DNA from: Candidatus Poribacteria bacterium
GTDB taxonomy: Bacteria; Poribacteria; WGA-4E; PCPOR2b
Direction of reading: 5' to 3'
Assembly (NCBI GenBank): GCA_965116925.1
Contig: OZ220744.1
Coordinates: 4,768,001 to 4,832,000, forward strand
Length of the DNA: 64,000 bases
A program made the position numbers and the translations under genes. Shown here piece by piece: positions 39,232 through 49,731 of this stretch (positions within the stretch are counted from its first letter, which is position 1; every line of letters starts with the position of its first letter). The notes under the pieces are model-generated. The model was not told the origin of the DNA, made no database searches, and saw nothing but the letters and a program-made list of their open reading frames with translations.

Positions 39232-39253
39232 ACTTTCATTTTTATTTGAGGAT

Positions 39254-39940
39254 ATGAAGTCATCTCCCAGCACCGAACTATTTAACTTGGCTGCAGAAAG
39301 TGTAGCCTACGAAAACAACGTTGTTCTAAAAAATATTACTCTCCAAATTGATAGAGGCGAAAAGGTTGCATTGGTCGGTCCGAGTGGTGCCGGCAAAACG
39401 ACCTTGCTGCGTAGACTCTACAATAGCGTTGCGGATCAATCTGCATTTGTGGACCAACACTATGCCCTTGTACCGCAGCTCTCTGCTTTCCACAATATCT
39501 ATACGGGACGGCTTGATCGATATTCCACATTCCACAACCTTCTGAACCTGATTAAGCCACAGAAGAAGGTGTTGGGGGAAATTACTCCCATTTTGTACGC
39601 GCTGGGAATGGAGGAGAAAATTTTTGAAAAGGTTGCAGCGATGTCTGGCGGACAGCAGCAGCGGGTCGCTGTTGCACGTGCGATTTATCGTGGAGAGGAT
39701 ATCCTATTGGCGGATGAACCGATATCCTCGGTGGACCCCCTTCAAGCGGACACGGTGATGGAAATCATTGTTCAGAACACCGAAACCGTTGTGCTATCAC
39801 TACACGCGGTGGAATTTGCCCTAAAGTTTGCACAGCGGATAGTCGGGCTGAGTGATGGGGAGATTCAATTTGACTTGCCAACAGGAAAGGTGACGCAAAC
39901 GATGCTTACGGAACTGTATCGGAACGGGAATTCCCTTTGA
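39254..39940 (+). CDS. PhnC-like ABC ATPase
   Basis: GPSGAGKT, MSGGQQQRV, LADEP. Confidence 0.9.
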   Translation: MKSSPSTELFNLAAESVAYENNVVLKNITLQIDRGEKVALVGPSGAGKTTLLRRLYNSVADQSAFVDQHYALVPQLSAFHNIYTGRLDRYSTFHNLLNLIKPQKKVLGEITPILYALGMEEKIFEKVAAMSGGQQQRVAVARAIYRGEDILLADEPISSVDPLQADTVMEIIVQNTETVVLSLHAVEFALKFAQRIVGLSDGEIQFDLPTGKVTQTMLTELYRNGNSL

Positions 39941-41463
39941 ATATAGGACCATTCAAGGGTGATACTATCACCATGTTAAAAACCAGTCTGTTCTTCGTTG
40001 CGATTGCCCTGATAGCCCTCCTCTTGGCGGATCTTGAAATCTCCACGCTACACCCTTGGACAGAACTGAGTCGAATGGCTTGGGGCGCAGTCGCCCCGGA
40101 TGTTCCTTCTCTCTGGAATTTGAAACTTGCGCTGCTCAACACAGTGGTTTTTGCCTTCTGTGGTATTTTTCTTGCTGTTGTATTGGGCATCGGACTGGCT
40201 TTTGCCTTCCGCTTTACCCCTGTCAGGTTGTTCTGCGCTTTTATCCGCGCCATCCATGAGATTTTCTGGGCGTTCATCTTCCTCCCTATTGTTGGACTTA
40301 ACCCAACCTGCGGTGTACTCGCCATCGCAATTCCTTATGCTGGTATCTTTGCAAAGGTATACGCAGAGATTATCCAAGAGTCGGATCGACATCCGCTGGA
40401 AGGTGTTCCCAGAGCGTCTGGGGATTTGAGCCGCTTTGTCTACGGCATCCTTCCCGTCATCTATGCTGACACCAAACACTATACCGGTTACCGTTTCGAG
40501 TGCGCCCTACGTTCCAGTGCGATTCTCGGATTCATCGGACTGCCGACGCTTGGATTCCACCTTGAGACCGCGTTTCGTGAAGGCATATACTCGGAGGCTT
40601 GGGCACTGCTCTATGCGTTCTATATCTTGATTGCCTCCCTCAAGTACTGGCTCAAGCCGCGTCTTGTTGCACTTTATGTTGTGACGTCGTTTGTGTTGCT
40701 GTCAAGGACAATCACGGTGTCGTGGGACAACATCGTTCGCTTTTTCACCTACGATCTCCTCCCGTGGCCCATGCGCCGGGAGGGCGTCCTCGACGGTACG
40801 CGCGAGATCTCGTTTGCGTGGGAACCTATCGTAAGTTGGGTAAACGAGATTTTTATCCAAGAGGCGTGGGAAGGGATATGGAACACAGTGGTGCTGACGC
40901 AGGTTGTGTTGGTCGGGACAGGTATATTTGCGCTGCTCAGTTTTCCCTTTGCCTGCCGGCACTTCTCAGGAAAGATTAGTAGCCGGATTTCGCACTATGG
41001 ATTGATTGTTATCCGCACCACACCGGAGTATATCCTCGCGTATATCCTTGTACAACTCTGGGGTCCGTCTATGCTCCCCGCTGTCTGGGCGATCCTCCTG
41101 CATAACGGAGCGATTCTTGGTTTCCTGTGCAGCAACAACGCCGACTTGGTGCAGCTGCGGATAGATGCGCCTGGGAGACGGATAGATCGGTATCTGTTTG
41201 AAATCTTGCCGCGCGTATACGGACAATTCCTCGCGTTCCTGTTTTATCGCTGGGAGGTGATGATGCGAGAGTCGGCGATCCTCGGCATCCTCGGTATCTA
41301 CACGCTGGGGTTCTACATTGACAGTGCAATTTCCGATGATCAGATCGATAAGGCAGTTTTGCTTATTCTGATCACAGTTCTACTCAATATGGGCATCGAC
41401 TCCGTATCACAGTTTGTACGGCGTCGCCTCAAAATCTCTACGAAATTGGTGACATCTGTATGA
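39937..41463 (+). CDS. Double-domain PhnE-like ABC permease
   Basis: Two repeats: YRFECALRSSAILG and YRWEVMMRESAILG. Confidence 0.88.
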   Translation: MNIGPFKGDTITMLKTSLFFVAIALIALLLADLEISTLHPWTELSRMAWGAVAPDVPSLWNLKLALLNTVVFAFCGIFLAVVLGIGLAFAFRFTPVRLFCAFIRAIHEIFWAFIFLPIVGLNPTCGVLAIAIPYAGIFAKVYAEIIQESDRHPLEGVPRASGDLSRFVYGILPVIYADTKHYTGYRFECALRSSAILGFIGLPTLGFHLETAFREGIYSEAWALLYAFYILIASLKYWLKPRLVALYVVTSFVLLSRTITVSWDNIVRFFTYDLLPWPMRREGVLDGTREISFAWEPIVSWVNEIFIQEAWEGIWNTVVLTQVVLVGTGIFALLSFPFACRHFSGKISSRISHYGLIVIRTTPEYILAYILVQLWGPSMLPAVWAILLHNGAILGFLCSNNADLVQLRIDAPGRRIDRYLFEILPRVYGQFLAFLFYRWEVMMRESAILGILGIYTLGFYIDSAISDDQIDKAVLLILITVLLNMGIDSVSQFVRRRLKISTKLVTSV

Positions 41464-41648
41464 CAAGGTAATGCTCGTTTGTGACTGTTGGTAACGTGAT
41501 GCGTGAAACGTGGAAATGATTTGTTCATTTGTTCATTAGTTCATTGATACAGTCGGGCTAGAAAGAACGTCCTGAAAAGTAAAGTGCAAAATGCAGAGAG
41601 AAACCGAGTTTTCAAAAAAAAACTCGGTTTCTAATGAAAGGAAAACGG

Positions 41649-43124
41649 ATGGAAAATCGAGAATACCTCCTCAACGACGAAGAGATGCGCCGTTTCATCA
41701 TTGATGGCTATATCAAGATACAGACCGACTTCCCCACCAACTTCCACCAAACAATTTTTCAGCAGATCGAAGATATGTTCGAGAATCAGGGGAATCTGGG
41801 GAACAACCTGCTACCCCTCATCCCTGAGATTCAGCAGGTCTTTTCGCATCCGGCGGTTCACGGTGCTTTGACCAGCGCGCTTGGCGAGAATTATGTCATG
41901 CACTCGCACCGCTATTGCCACTTTAATCCGCCGGGGAGTAGCGGACAAAACTTTCATAAAGACTCCTACGAGGGGGACGAGCAGATACGGCGGCACCGAT
42001 GCCGCTGGATGATGGGGTTTTACTATCCCCAAGATACCACCGAAGAGATGGGACCGACAGCAATTCTCCCCGCAACGCAATACTATGAGACGCACGAAAG
42101 CGCACACGCTCAACCGGAATTGGCTCTCTGTGGTGAAGCCGGTACGGTGACGCTGGTGCACTATGATCTCTGGCATCGGGCAATGCCGAATCAGAGCGAC
42201 AAAAAGCGTCACATGCTGAAATTCCTCTTCACCCGATTGGACGAACCGAAGGCACCTTCTTGGAACAGCGCGGATTCAACGTGGGGTTCGTCTGACGGCG
42301 AAGCGTCGTCAGAGGGGCATGAGGTTATGTGGCAAAGCCTCTGGAATTGGTTCTATGGGAAGCAGAATGGCACAACAGAAGATATGGGGGTGGCTGAAAA
42401 TGATCTCCCCGTATTGATTGCAGCTCTAGGGGATAAGGATGAGGTTGTTCGTCTCAACGCGGCGTATGGGTTGGGGACGATAGGCGCACCGGCAGTACCG
42501 GCGTTGATTGAAACATGGCAGAAGGCATCGGAGGATCCAGAGAATGAGAGTTCCCAACACGCGGACTTTGCGCTGAGTGGGATCGGCGGGTGGTCGTCTC
42601 CACAATTATCATGGCTGCAAACTCACGCGACTTATGCGTTGAGCGCAATCGGAGGACCGGCGGTGCCTGCATTGATAAACGCACTACAGGATAAAAATGA
42701 GTCAATTCGTGCGAGTGCGGCTTATGCCCTCGGCGATATTGGGGATGCCGCTCGGGCTGCAGTCCCTGCGCTCACTCAGGCTTTGCGGGATGAATCGACG
42801 TGGGTGCGTCGTCATGCGACGGAAGCGTTGGGACTCATCGGTCAACCCGCTCAGAACACGGTTCCTGCGCTGATCGACCTGCTGTATGATGAGCATTACT
42901 GGATTCGCGATAACGCAGCGCGGGCGTTAGCTCGGCTCGGTCCCGCTGCTGAGGAGGCAGTGCCCGCGTTGATGGATACACTGAACGATGAGAACCGGTA
43001 TGTACGTTTCCATGCAACATTTGCGTTGAAACAGATCGGCACACCTGAAGCGACAAACCTTTTGTTTGATCACCTCCTGAGCTCTCGGTGGTGTCCGCTG
43101 ACAACATCACATAGCGCATTTTAG
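41649..43124 (+). CDS. PhyH dioxygenase fused to HEAT repeats
   Basis: FHKD and WHR motifs; repeated AVPALxxAL.D..xVR.xAA.ALG. Confidence 0.88.
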   Translation: MENREYLLNDEEMRRFIIDGYIKIQTDFPTNFHQTIFQQIEDMFENQGNLGNNLLPLIPEIQQVFSHPAVHGALTSALGENYVMHSHRYCHFNPPGSSGQNFHKDSYEGDEQIRRHRCRWMMGFYYPQDTTEEMGPTAILPATQYYETHESAHAQPELALCGEAGTVTLVHYDLWHRAMPNQSDKKRHMLKFLFTRLDEPKAPSWNSADSTWGSSDGEASSEGHEVMWQSLWNWFYGKQNGTTEDMGVAENDLPVLIAALGDKDEVVRLNAAYGLGTIGAPAVPALIETWQKASEDPENESSQHADFALSGIGGWSSPQLSWLQTHATYALSAIGGPAVPALINALQDKNESIRASAAYALGDIGDAARAAVPALTQALRDESTWVRRHATEALGLIGQPAQNTVPALIDLLYDEHYWIRDNAARALARLGPAAEEAVPALMDTLNDENRYVRFHATFALKQIGTPEATNLLFDHLLSSRWCPLTTSHSAF

Positions 43125-43151
43125 CTCGATCTGCCTTACAATAGGCTTACT

Positions 43152-43976
43152 ATGACAAACCACCTACGTCCGGATCCATTCTGGACATTTGAACACACCG
43201 CTTGGGAGAGGAGCGCGAGGGCGTATCACAATTTTTGGACGCACCTCACCAGTCAAACTATTGAACCACTTTTATCCGCTGTCCAGAGCGGCGATGCAAT
43301 AAGCATCCTTGATGTCGCAACCGGCGCGGGCAACGTCGCGCAAGCAGGTATAAGAAAAGGGATGCGGGTTGTTGGGATCGATTTCTCAACGGCAATGCTC
43401 ACCCAAGCACGAAAACAGCCTCCAGAGGTTGACTTCTGTGAAGGCGATGCAGCGGCGTTGCCCTTCACTGATAACAGTTTTGATGCGGTTGTCATCAATT
43501 TCGGATTATTACACTTCGGCAACCCTGAGCAAGCGTTGAGGGAAGCGTATCGCGTCCTCCGCTCCGGTGGGCGGATCGGTTTCACGGTTTGGGCGACTCC
43601 CGAAGCCGCGATCGGATTTCAGATAATGCTTCAGGCGATCGAGACCCACGGCGACCCTAACGTTCCACTGCCTGAAGGTCCACCCTTCTTCCGTTTTAGC
43701 GATCCCGCCGAAAGTGAACGAACCCTACGGGCAATCGGCTTTACCAATCTCTCTATTACAGAGATTCAGCAGACATGGCAGCTTTCCTCGCCCGATGATC
43801 TCTTTGTCGCATTCTATGAAGGGACAGCGCGCACCGGCGGATTGCTTCGCGCCCAATCTAGGGTGGCACTAGACAACATTCGCGCAGCTGTTATTAAGGC
43901 AGCCTCCCCTTACAAAAAGGACGGGAGTGTGGAGATCCCGATGCCTGCAATTCTCACCTCAGCGCAAAAACCGTAA
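43152..43976 (+). CDS. Class I SAM-dependent methyltransferase
   Basis: LDVATGAG, GDAAALPF, RVLRSGG. Confidence 0.9.
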   Translation: MTNHLRPDPFWTFEHTAWERSARAYHNFWTHLTSQTIEPLLSAVQSGDAISILDVATGAGNVAQAGIRKGMRVVGIDFSTAMLTQARKQPPEVDFCEGDAAALPFTDNSFDAVVINFGLLHFGNPEQALREAYRVLRSGGRIGFTVWATPEAAIGFQIMLQAIETHGDPNVPLPEGPPFFRFSDPAESERTLRAIGFTNLSITEIQQTWQLSSPDDLFVAFYEGTARTGGLLRAQSRVALDNIRAAVIKAASPYKKDGSVEIPMPAILTSAQKP

Positions 43977-43987
43977 TGCCGAGTGTC

Positions 43988-45070
43988 TCAATCAAACATC
44001 AAGACGCTACGCGCCACCTCTCCTCTCCCCAACGCCTCAAACGCTTCGTTGACTCCCTCCAACGGATACTGCCGCGTCACCAGCTCATCCAGATTTAACT
44101 TTCCTGCCTTGTAGAGACGAATCAGACGCGCAAAGTCCACATGGGGACGTGCAGAGCCGTAATAGGAGCCGATAACTGTCTTCTCGTGCATCAACATCCG
44201 GGCGTCCAACGCCACAGGCGTGCCTTCGGGGGCATGACCGACGAAAACAGTGATGCCGCGTCTGCGGGTGCATTGGATAGCTTGGAGGAACGGCTCACCT
44301 GTTATCCCAATCGCTTCAAACGCATAGTGGACACCAGGACCACCGCTGAGTTCCTGAATCCGAGCGACGGTGTCCTCCTGAGAAGCGTTGACGGTATGGG
44401 TCGCGCCAAAGCGCTTTGCCATCTCCAACTTGTTGTCTCGGACATCTACCGCGATAATCGGTTCGGCACCTGCTATCGCTGCGCCCTGAATACAATTGAG
44501 CCCCACGCCGCCACAACCGAAGACCGCCACAGAGCTCCCTTGTTGCACCTGAGCGGTATTGATCGCTGCGCCCACCCCCGTCATAACGCCACATCCAATC
44601 AGCGCTGCCTGCGCGAAGGGCATATCTTTATCTATGGGAACAACCGCATCTTGAGGTATCAGCGCGTGTGTGCCAAAGGTCCCCAAACCTGCCATCTTTT
44701 CCATCGTTCTCTGTTCGCCGGGAAATCGGGGGAGTGTGGAGGTATCGGGCGGGAGCTCACACAAGGTAGGAAACCCTTTCTGACACATCTCGCAATAACC
44801 ACAACTCCGCTTCCACGATAGGATAACGTGGTCGCCCTCACGAACTCCAGTGACTTGACTCCCCACCTCTTCAACAACACCCGCCCCTTCGTGACCTAGG
44901 ATAGTCGGGATTGGAATGTGGGGCCAATCGCCCTTGACGACGTGCCAATCGGAATGGCAGACACCGCTGGCGACGATTCGTACCCGCACCTGATTGGGTC
45001 CTGTATCTGGCAGATCAAATTCTTCGATTTTTAGTGGTGTATTGATTTCATATAACACAGCAGCTTTCAT
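43988..45070 (-). CDS. Zn-dependent alcohol dehydrogenase
   Basis: GVCHSD, GHEGAG, CGYCEMC, GCGGVG. Confidence 0.92.
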   Translation of the reverse strand: MKAAVLYEINTPLKIEEFDLPDTGPNQVRVRIVASGVCHSDWHVVKGDWPHIPIPTILGHEGAGVVEEVGSQVTGVREGDHVILSWKRSCGYCEMCQKGFPTLCELPPDTSTLPRFPGEQRTMEKMAGLGTFGTHALIPQDAVVPIDKDMPFAQAALIGCGVMTGVGAAINTAQVQQGSSVAVFGCGGVGLNCIQGAAIAGAEPIIAVDVRDNKLEMAKRFGATHTVNASQEDTVARIQELSGGPGVHYAFEAIGITGEPFLQAIQCTRRRGITVFVGHAPEGTPVALDARMLMHEKTVIGSYYGSARPHVDFARLIRLYKAGKLNLDELVTRQYPLEGVNEAFEALGRGEVARSVLMFD

Positions 45071-45297
45071 GAGATTTGCCCTCCTTCGGGTCGCCTCCAA
45101 GACGGAGCATTATTGCCCAAATTTTAACGTTTAGATTTATATTATGACGAAACCGAAACAAGGTCAAGAGAGAAATGTACAGTTCCCGTGTAGACACCTT
45201 TTTTCATTGCGGAATTGTCCGAACTTTGCTATGATACCGGACAGTGTAAAACCCAACCTTGCGACAGCATAAAATCTCCGCAAAGGGGGATACTCAC

Positions 45298-46119
45298 TTG
45301 AATCAAACGCCGATTCAAAATGGAACGCCTTTCAGCAAAGAACGAACCCACGAAATTATCCGTGAATTTAAGCGGGATGGGTTTGTGTTGATTCCGAACG
45401 TACTTGAAGAAGACGAAACGAGAGCGCTTCGCGATAAAACCGACGAACTTTTCGATGACCCCAAAACAGTTGAAAACGGTTATCTGCGCGAAAACCACTT
45501 CATTGTCTGGCAGCCCAATGAATTGGACAGAATCTTCTGTGATCTGCTGATTCGTGAGCCAATTTTCAGTCTGATGGAGGCGATTTTTGGCAAGGGTTTC
45601 CAACACTGCGGCAACCAAGTGTTGCGTAATGACCACACCCAAGCGATCGACCACTGGCATGTGGATGATTCTCTATTCTACCCGTTGCCCGATGACGTTC
45701 CGCATCACGACCCGCGCATCGATATGCCGATCATGTGGTTGACGGTACAGATTGCGCTTACCGATATCGACTCGATTGAGCGTGGTCCCTCACAATACGT
45801 CCCCGGTAGCCACTATTCTGGCAGAAATCCACCAAAAACAGACACCCCAACATTTGAAGGGCGGGGTCCCGTTTCCGTGCTTTGCAAAGCGGGTGACATC
45901 TACCTACACAATCCCCAATGTTGGCACCGTGGGACTCCCAACAGGTCGGGTCAAGTTCGCTATCTGCTCCAGCAGCAATACGCTAGGCGTTGGCCCTTTC
46001 CGCGTTATAATGCTTACATCAACTACAAGATGCCGGAACATATCCTCGAAGGTGCGAATGACCGTCTGCTTCAGGTGCTCGGCGACTACCGATTCCACCC
46101 TGGAGAACGCTACCAATAG
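45298..46119 (+). CDS. PhyH-family dioxygenase
   Basis: WHVD, VPGSH, WHRG; TTG start after a GGGGG RBS. Confidence 0.88.
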   Translation: MNQTPIQNGTPFSKERTHEIIREFKRDGFVLIPNVLEEDETRALRDKTDELFDDPKTVENGYLRENHFIVWQPNELDRIFCDLLIREPIFSLMEAIFGKGFQHCGNQVLRNDHTQAIDHWHVDDSLFYPLPDDVPHHDPRIDMPIMWLTVQIALTDIDSIERGPSQYVPGSHYSGRNPPKTDTPTFEGRGPVSVLCKAGDIYLHNPQCWHRGTPNRSGQVRYLLQQQYARRWPFPRYNAYINYKMPEHILEGANDRLLQVLGDYRFHPGERYQ

Positions 46120-46158
46120 GATGGGCAGATAGGTATTCAAATTTGAAAGGAGATCGAT

Positions 46159-46986
46159 ATGCAAAAAGCCTCTACCGTTTCCCCACGAAGTCGATTTGAA
46201 CAAATTGAAACGCCGTCACTGAATACTGAAAAACCGACCGAAGATCAGGTTTCGCAGTGGGAGGCGCGACTGATTGACGTGGGATACGTCATCATTCCCA
46301 ACGCCTTGCCTCCAGCAGCGTTTGAGCATTTTCGGGAACGCATCGCCGGGTTTGAACCCTCCGTCGGCTACGGTTCAAACTCACTGGTGCGACTGTTTGA
46401 AAAAGGGATGGATTTTGTAGATCTGCTGCTGAACGAGCCTATCTATACCTTGATGGAACGCATCCTCGGTGAACGGATGCACATCATCGGGTTACAGGGG
46501 CACCGGATGTTCACAGGGAATGAGGTGTCGAGATTCCATTCCGACGAAATTTACTTGCAGCGTCCGGCAGATGTCAGTGACGATGTAGAATATCCACCCA
46601 TCATCAATACAATCAATTGCCACTATTACGTTGTGGATGTTCCGATGGAATTGGGGCCCACAGAGGTAGTTCCCGGCAGTCATCGTGCTTGTCGGCAGCC
46701 GGCGCCGGAAGACGGCGATCCACCGCATTGGCGGGGTAACGGACCTGTATCCCTTACCTGTCACGCCGGGGATTGTATCATGTATAGTAACCAGATGTGG
46801 CATCGTGGGGCACCGAATCGGACAGATCGTACCCGGCTATCGGTCGTTCCGAGCTACGCCCGTCGGTTTGTCGCACAGCGATTTTGGCCCTTTCTCAATT
46901 ACAGCCTGTCCCGCGATATTCTCGACCAATGCAATCCTCGCCAGCGGGAACTACTCGGCGAACATCCGCGTGGGGCGTATGGATAG
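46159..46986 (+). CDS. PhyH-family dioxygenase
   Basis: FHSD, VPGSH, WHRG. Confidence 0.9.
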   Translation: MQKASTVSPRSRFEQIETPSLNTEKPTEDQVSQWEARLIDVGYVIIPNALPPAAFEHFRERIAGFEPSVGYGSNSLVRLFEKGMDFVDLLLNEPIYTLMERILGERMHIIGLQGHRMFTGNEVSRFHSDEIYLQRPADVSDDVEYPPIINTINCHYYVVDVPMELGPTEVVPGSHRACRQPAPEDGDPPHWRGNGPVSLTCHAGDCIMYSNQMWHRGAPNRTDRTRLSVVPSYARRFVAQRFWPFLNYSLSRDILDQCNPRQRELLGEHPRGAYG

Positions 46987-47050
46987 CAAAACCTGTGATT
47001 GCTTGTAGGGAACGCAGATCTGCGTTCCGTACGAAAGGAGTGAACGCATA

Positions 47051-48571
47051 GTGACCAACGAAATCGAAAAGACCGAACAACTCATCCAAGGGGCACAGGA
47101 GCTGAGAGAGAAGTTTCAGAAAGACCCCCATCGACCAGCGTATCATTTTACCCCGCCGTGGGCTTGGATGAACGACATCAATGGACCCCTCTTTTGGAAC
47201 GGTAGATACCATATTTTTTATCAACACAACCCGGACGGTGCCTATTGGAAATGGATTCAGTGGGGACACGCATCGAGTCCAGACCTTGTGCATTGGACAC
47301 ACCACCCGATTGCACTGACGCCGACGTTGGGCGGTCCTGACCGGGACGGCTGCTTCAGTGGCGGCGCGGTGATCAATGATGGCGTTCCCACGTTGATTTA
47401 TCACGGTGTTCCCGAAGGAACATGTATCGCCACCAGCGAGGATCCAGATTTAATCGAATGGACCAAACACCCTGCGAATCCCGTTATACCGGTCCCACAA
47501 CCGGGCGATCCAGACTACGGGAAATACCGCGTCTATGATCCGTGTGCGTGGAAGCACGGCGACTTTTGGTATGCGTTGTGTGGCAGTCGTGACCCGGCGG
47601 GAGGCGATACCGCTTATCTGTTCAAGTCTCCCGATATGGTTCATTGGGAGTATCTGCACCCATTTTACAAATCAAATCGGCGTTGGACTGAGGCGGATGA
47701 GGACTGTGCTGTTCCGAATTTCTTTCCGATAGGGGATAAACACATGTTGCTGTTTTGCAGCCATTTGCAGGGAACCCAATACTATATCGGTCGATACGAG
47801 GACGACTATCTTTATCCGGAGCAATACGCGCGCATGAGTTGGCCCGGCGGGCACCTCGGAGGTGGAATCACCGTGTTGGATGGGAATGGACGTCGTATCT
47901 TCTTCGACTGGATCCGCGAGGCAAGAACACAAGAAGCTGAACGTGCCTCCGGTTGGTCTGGCGTGATGACCGTGCCACGGATCTTGTTACTAGCCGAAGA
48001 TAGCAGCTTGGTGATTGAACCTGCTCCCGAACTAGAGGTGCTGCGGCAGAATCACCGGCATTGCGGGAGTATTCATCTGACCGCCGATTCGGAACTGGAA
48101 CTTGATGATGTCCGAGGAGATTGTCTGGAGCTGGCTGTGGAGGTTGATGTAGCAGAGGCGAGTGAGTTTGGCGTGAAGATTCGTTGCTCACCGGAGGGGG
48201 AAGAACAGACCGCCATTGTGTGTAATCCGAGCGCAAAGACATTGGGCGTAAACATTAACAAGTCGAGTCTTGATAAAAGCATAAGATACATCTTTTACCG
48301 CAATGAAAGCGCAACCCAGCGGGTGCCTGAAAACAAGAGAATCGTGATTGCCCAAGAAGCACCGTTTGAGCTGCCCCCCGGAGAATCGCTCAAGTTACGG
48401 ATTTTTCTAGACCGTTCGGTGCTGGAGGTGTTCGCCAATGGACGCCAATGCGTGACCCAACGAATCTATCCAACCCGAAGCGATAGTCTAGGTGTGACCC
48501 TATTCAGCCGTGGTGGGAGTGTAGACGTGAAATCCGTTGATGTGTGGGATATGGCTCCAGCAAACGTATAA
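47051..48571 (+). CDS. GH32-family glycoside hydrolase
   Basis: WMNDING, FYQHNP, WGHA, FSG, DRSVLEVF. Confidence 0.88.
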   Translation: MTNEIEKTEQLIQGAQELREKFQKDPHRPAYHFTPPWAWMNDINGPLFWNGRYHIFYQHNPDGAYWKWIQWGHASSPDLVHWTHHPIALTPTLGGPDRDGCFSGGAVINDGVPTLIYHGVPEGTCIATSEDPDLIEWTKHPANPVIPVPQPGDPDYGKYRVYDPCAWKHGDFWYALCGSRDPAGGDTAYLFKSPDMVHWEYLHPFYKSNRRWTEADEDCAVPNFFPIGDKHMLLFCSHLQGTQYYIGRYEDDYLYPEQYARMSWPGGHLGGGITVLDGNGRRIFFDWIREARTQEAERASGWSGVMTVPRILLLAEDSSLVIEPAPELEVLRQNHRHCGSIHLTADSELELDDVRGDCLELAVEVDVAEASEFGVKIRCSPEGEEQTAIVCNPSAKTLGVNINKSSLDKSIRYIFYRNESATQRVPENKRIVIAQEAPFELPPGESLKLRIFLDRSVLEVFANGRQCVTQRIYPTRSDSLGVTLFSRGGSVDVKSVDVWDMAPANV

Positions 48572-48582
48572 GATAAAAATCA

Positions 48583-48684
48583 GGCTCATGCAAGGAGAAA
48601 GTGCAAAATACTAAGCGCGTGAAACGTGATGCGTGACACGTGAAAATCATTGGTTTATTGGCGTACAATTCCTTAACATAAGCC
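48583..48684. mobile_element. MITE family C carrying CGTGA heptamer repeats
   Basis: GGCTCATGC...ACATAAGCC ends; degenerate TSD AAAAATCA/AGCAATCA. Confidence 0.7.
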
Positions 48685-48728
48685 AGCAATCAGACCTCTG
48701 TGAGGTAGGATGAGGAGAAGATAGAAAT

Positions 48729-49718
48729 ATGGAAAAACGAACGCTTGGTCGCACGGGACTTGAAGTCAGTGTGTTAGGAATGGGGGGGCTATACGTCTCT
48801 CGCGCGGGTGATCTTGGACGTGATGAGGGATGCCGTGCTGCCCGTCGTGCGCTTGAACTCGGCGTAAATTATGTGGATACAGCACCTAGCTATCGTGACA
48901 GCGAAGAGGTTTTGGGCATCGCACTTGAGGGGGTGCCGCAGCCGTACTTTCTCGCAACGAAACTTGGCGGACGTCCGCAGCCGTTCAATCCGCAAGATAA
49001 GGATATCTTGCGGCGATCGGTCGATGAAAGCCTCCGATTACTCAAACGCGACTATATTGATGTCCTGTTGGTGCATGAACCTGACCGTCCCGGTCAGTAC
49101 GATTGGTGGACAGACTACGACAACTTCCACGGACCCGTCTGTGATCTGCTGGAAGAACTGAAAGCGGAGAAAATTATCCGATTCACCGGACTCGGCGGCA
49201 CGACCGCTTATCAGCTTCCACTCATTATGGCAACGGGAAATTTCGATGTCGTTCTGACAGCGTTCAACTACAGCCTACTCTGGCGGGAAGCGACCATCTC
49301 GATCTTCCCTGAAGCCCAACGACGGGATATGGGGGTTGTCGTCGGTTCGCCACTGCAACAGGGTGCCCTATCCCGACGTTACCCCGAAATAGAGACAGGC
49401 GCACCGTGGTTAAGCCCGCCACGACAGAAACAGTATCAGCGGTTATACGGGTTTCTGGATGAAATTGAGATGACGCTGCCGGAGGCTGCCCTCCGCCTGA
49501 TGGTGGCAACACCTGAAATCTCGACGGTCTTGATGGGGGCACGATCGGTGGAGGAGGTTGAACAGAATGTGTGTGCGGTTGAAGCGGGCCCGCTGCCATC
49601 GGATGTCCTCGCCGAGCTGCAGGAGATTGCGGATATGGTGCCGTTCCGCCCCAATGAAGAGCCTTTTGGTCTACCGTTTGGACGACCATACAGGTGGCCA
49701 GGTCAAGCTGGCAGATAA
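48729..49718 (+). CDS. Aldo/keto reductase
   Basis: LGRTGLEVS, DTAPSY, ATK, LVHEP. Confidence 0.92.
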   Translation: MEKRTLGRTGLEVSVLGMGGLYVSRAGDLGRDEGCRAARRALELGVNYVDTAPSYRDSEEVLGIALEGVPQPYFLATKLGGRPQPFNPQDKDILRRSVDESLRLLKRDYIDVLLVHEPDRPGQYDWWTDYDNFHGPVCDLLEELKAEKIIRFTGLGGTTAYQLPLIMATGNFDVVLTAFNYSLLWREATISIFPEAQRRDMGVVVGSPLQQGALSRRYPEIETGAPWLSPPRQKQYQRLYGFLDEIEMTLPEAALRLMVATPEISTVLMGARSVEEVEQNVCAVEAGPLPSDVLAELQEIADMVPFRPNEEPFGLPFGRPYRWPGQAGR

Positions 49719-49731
49719 AGAGGAGAGCTCA

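Noticed and set aside
49558..49731. N-terminal extension of the dehydratase ORF
   Set aside because: Overlaps the aldo/keto reductase; the RBS supports ATG 49732
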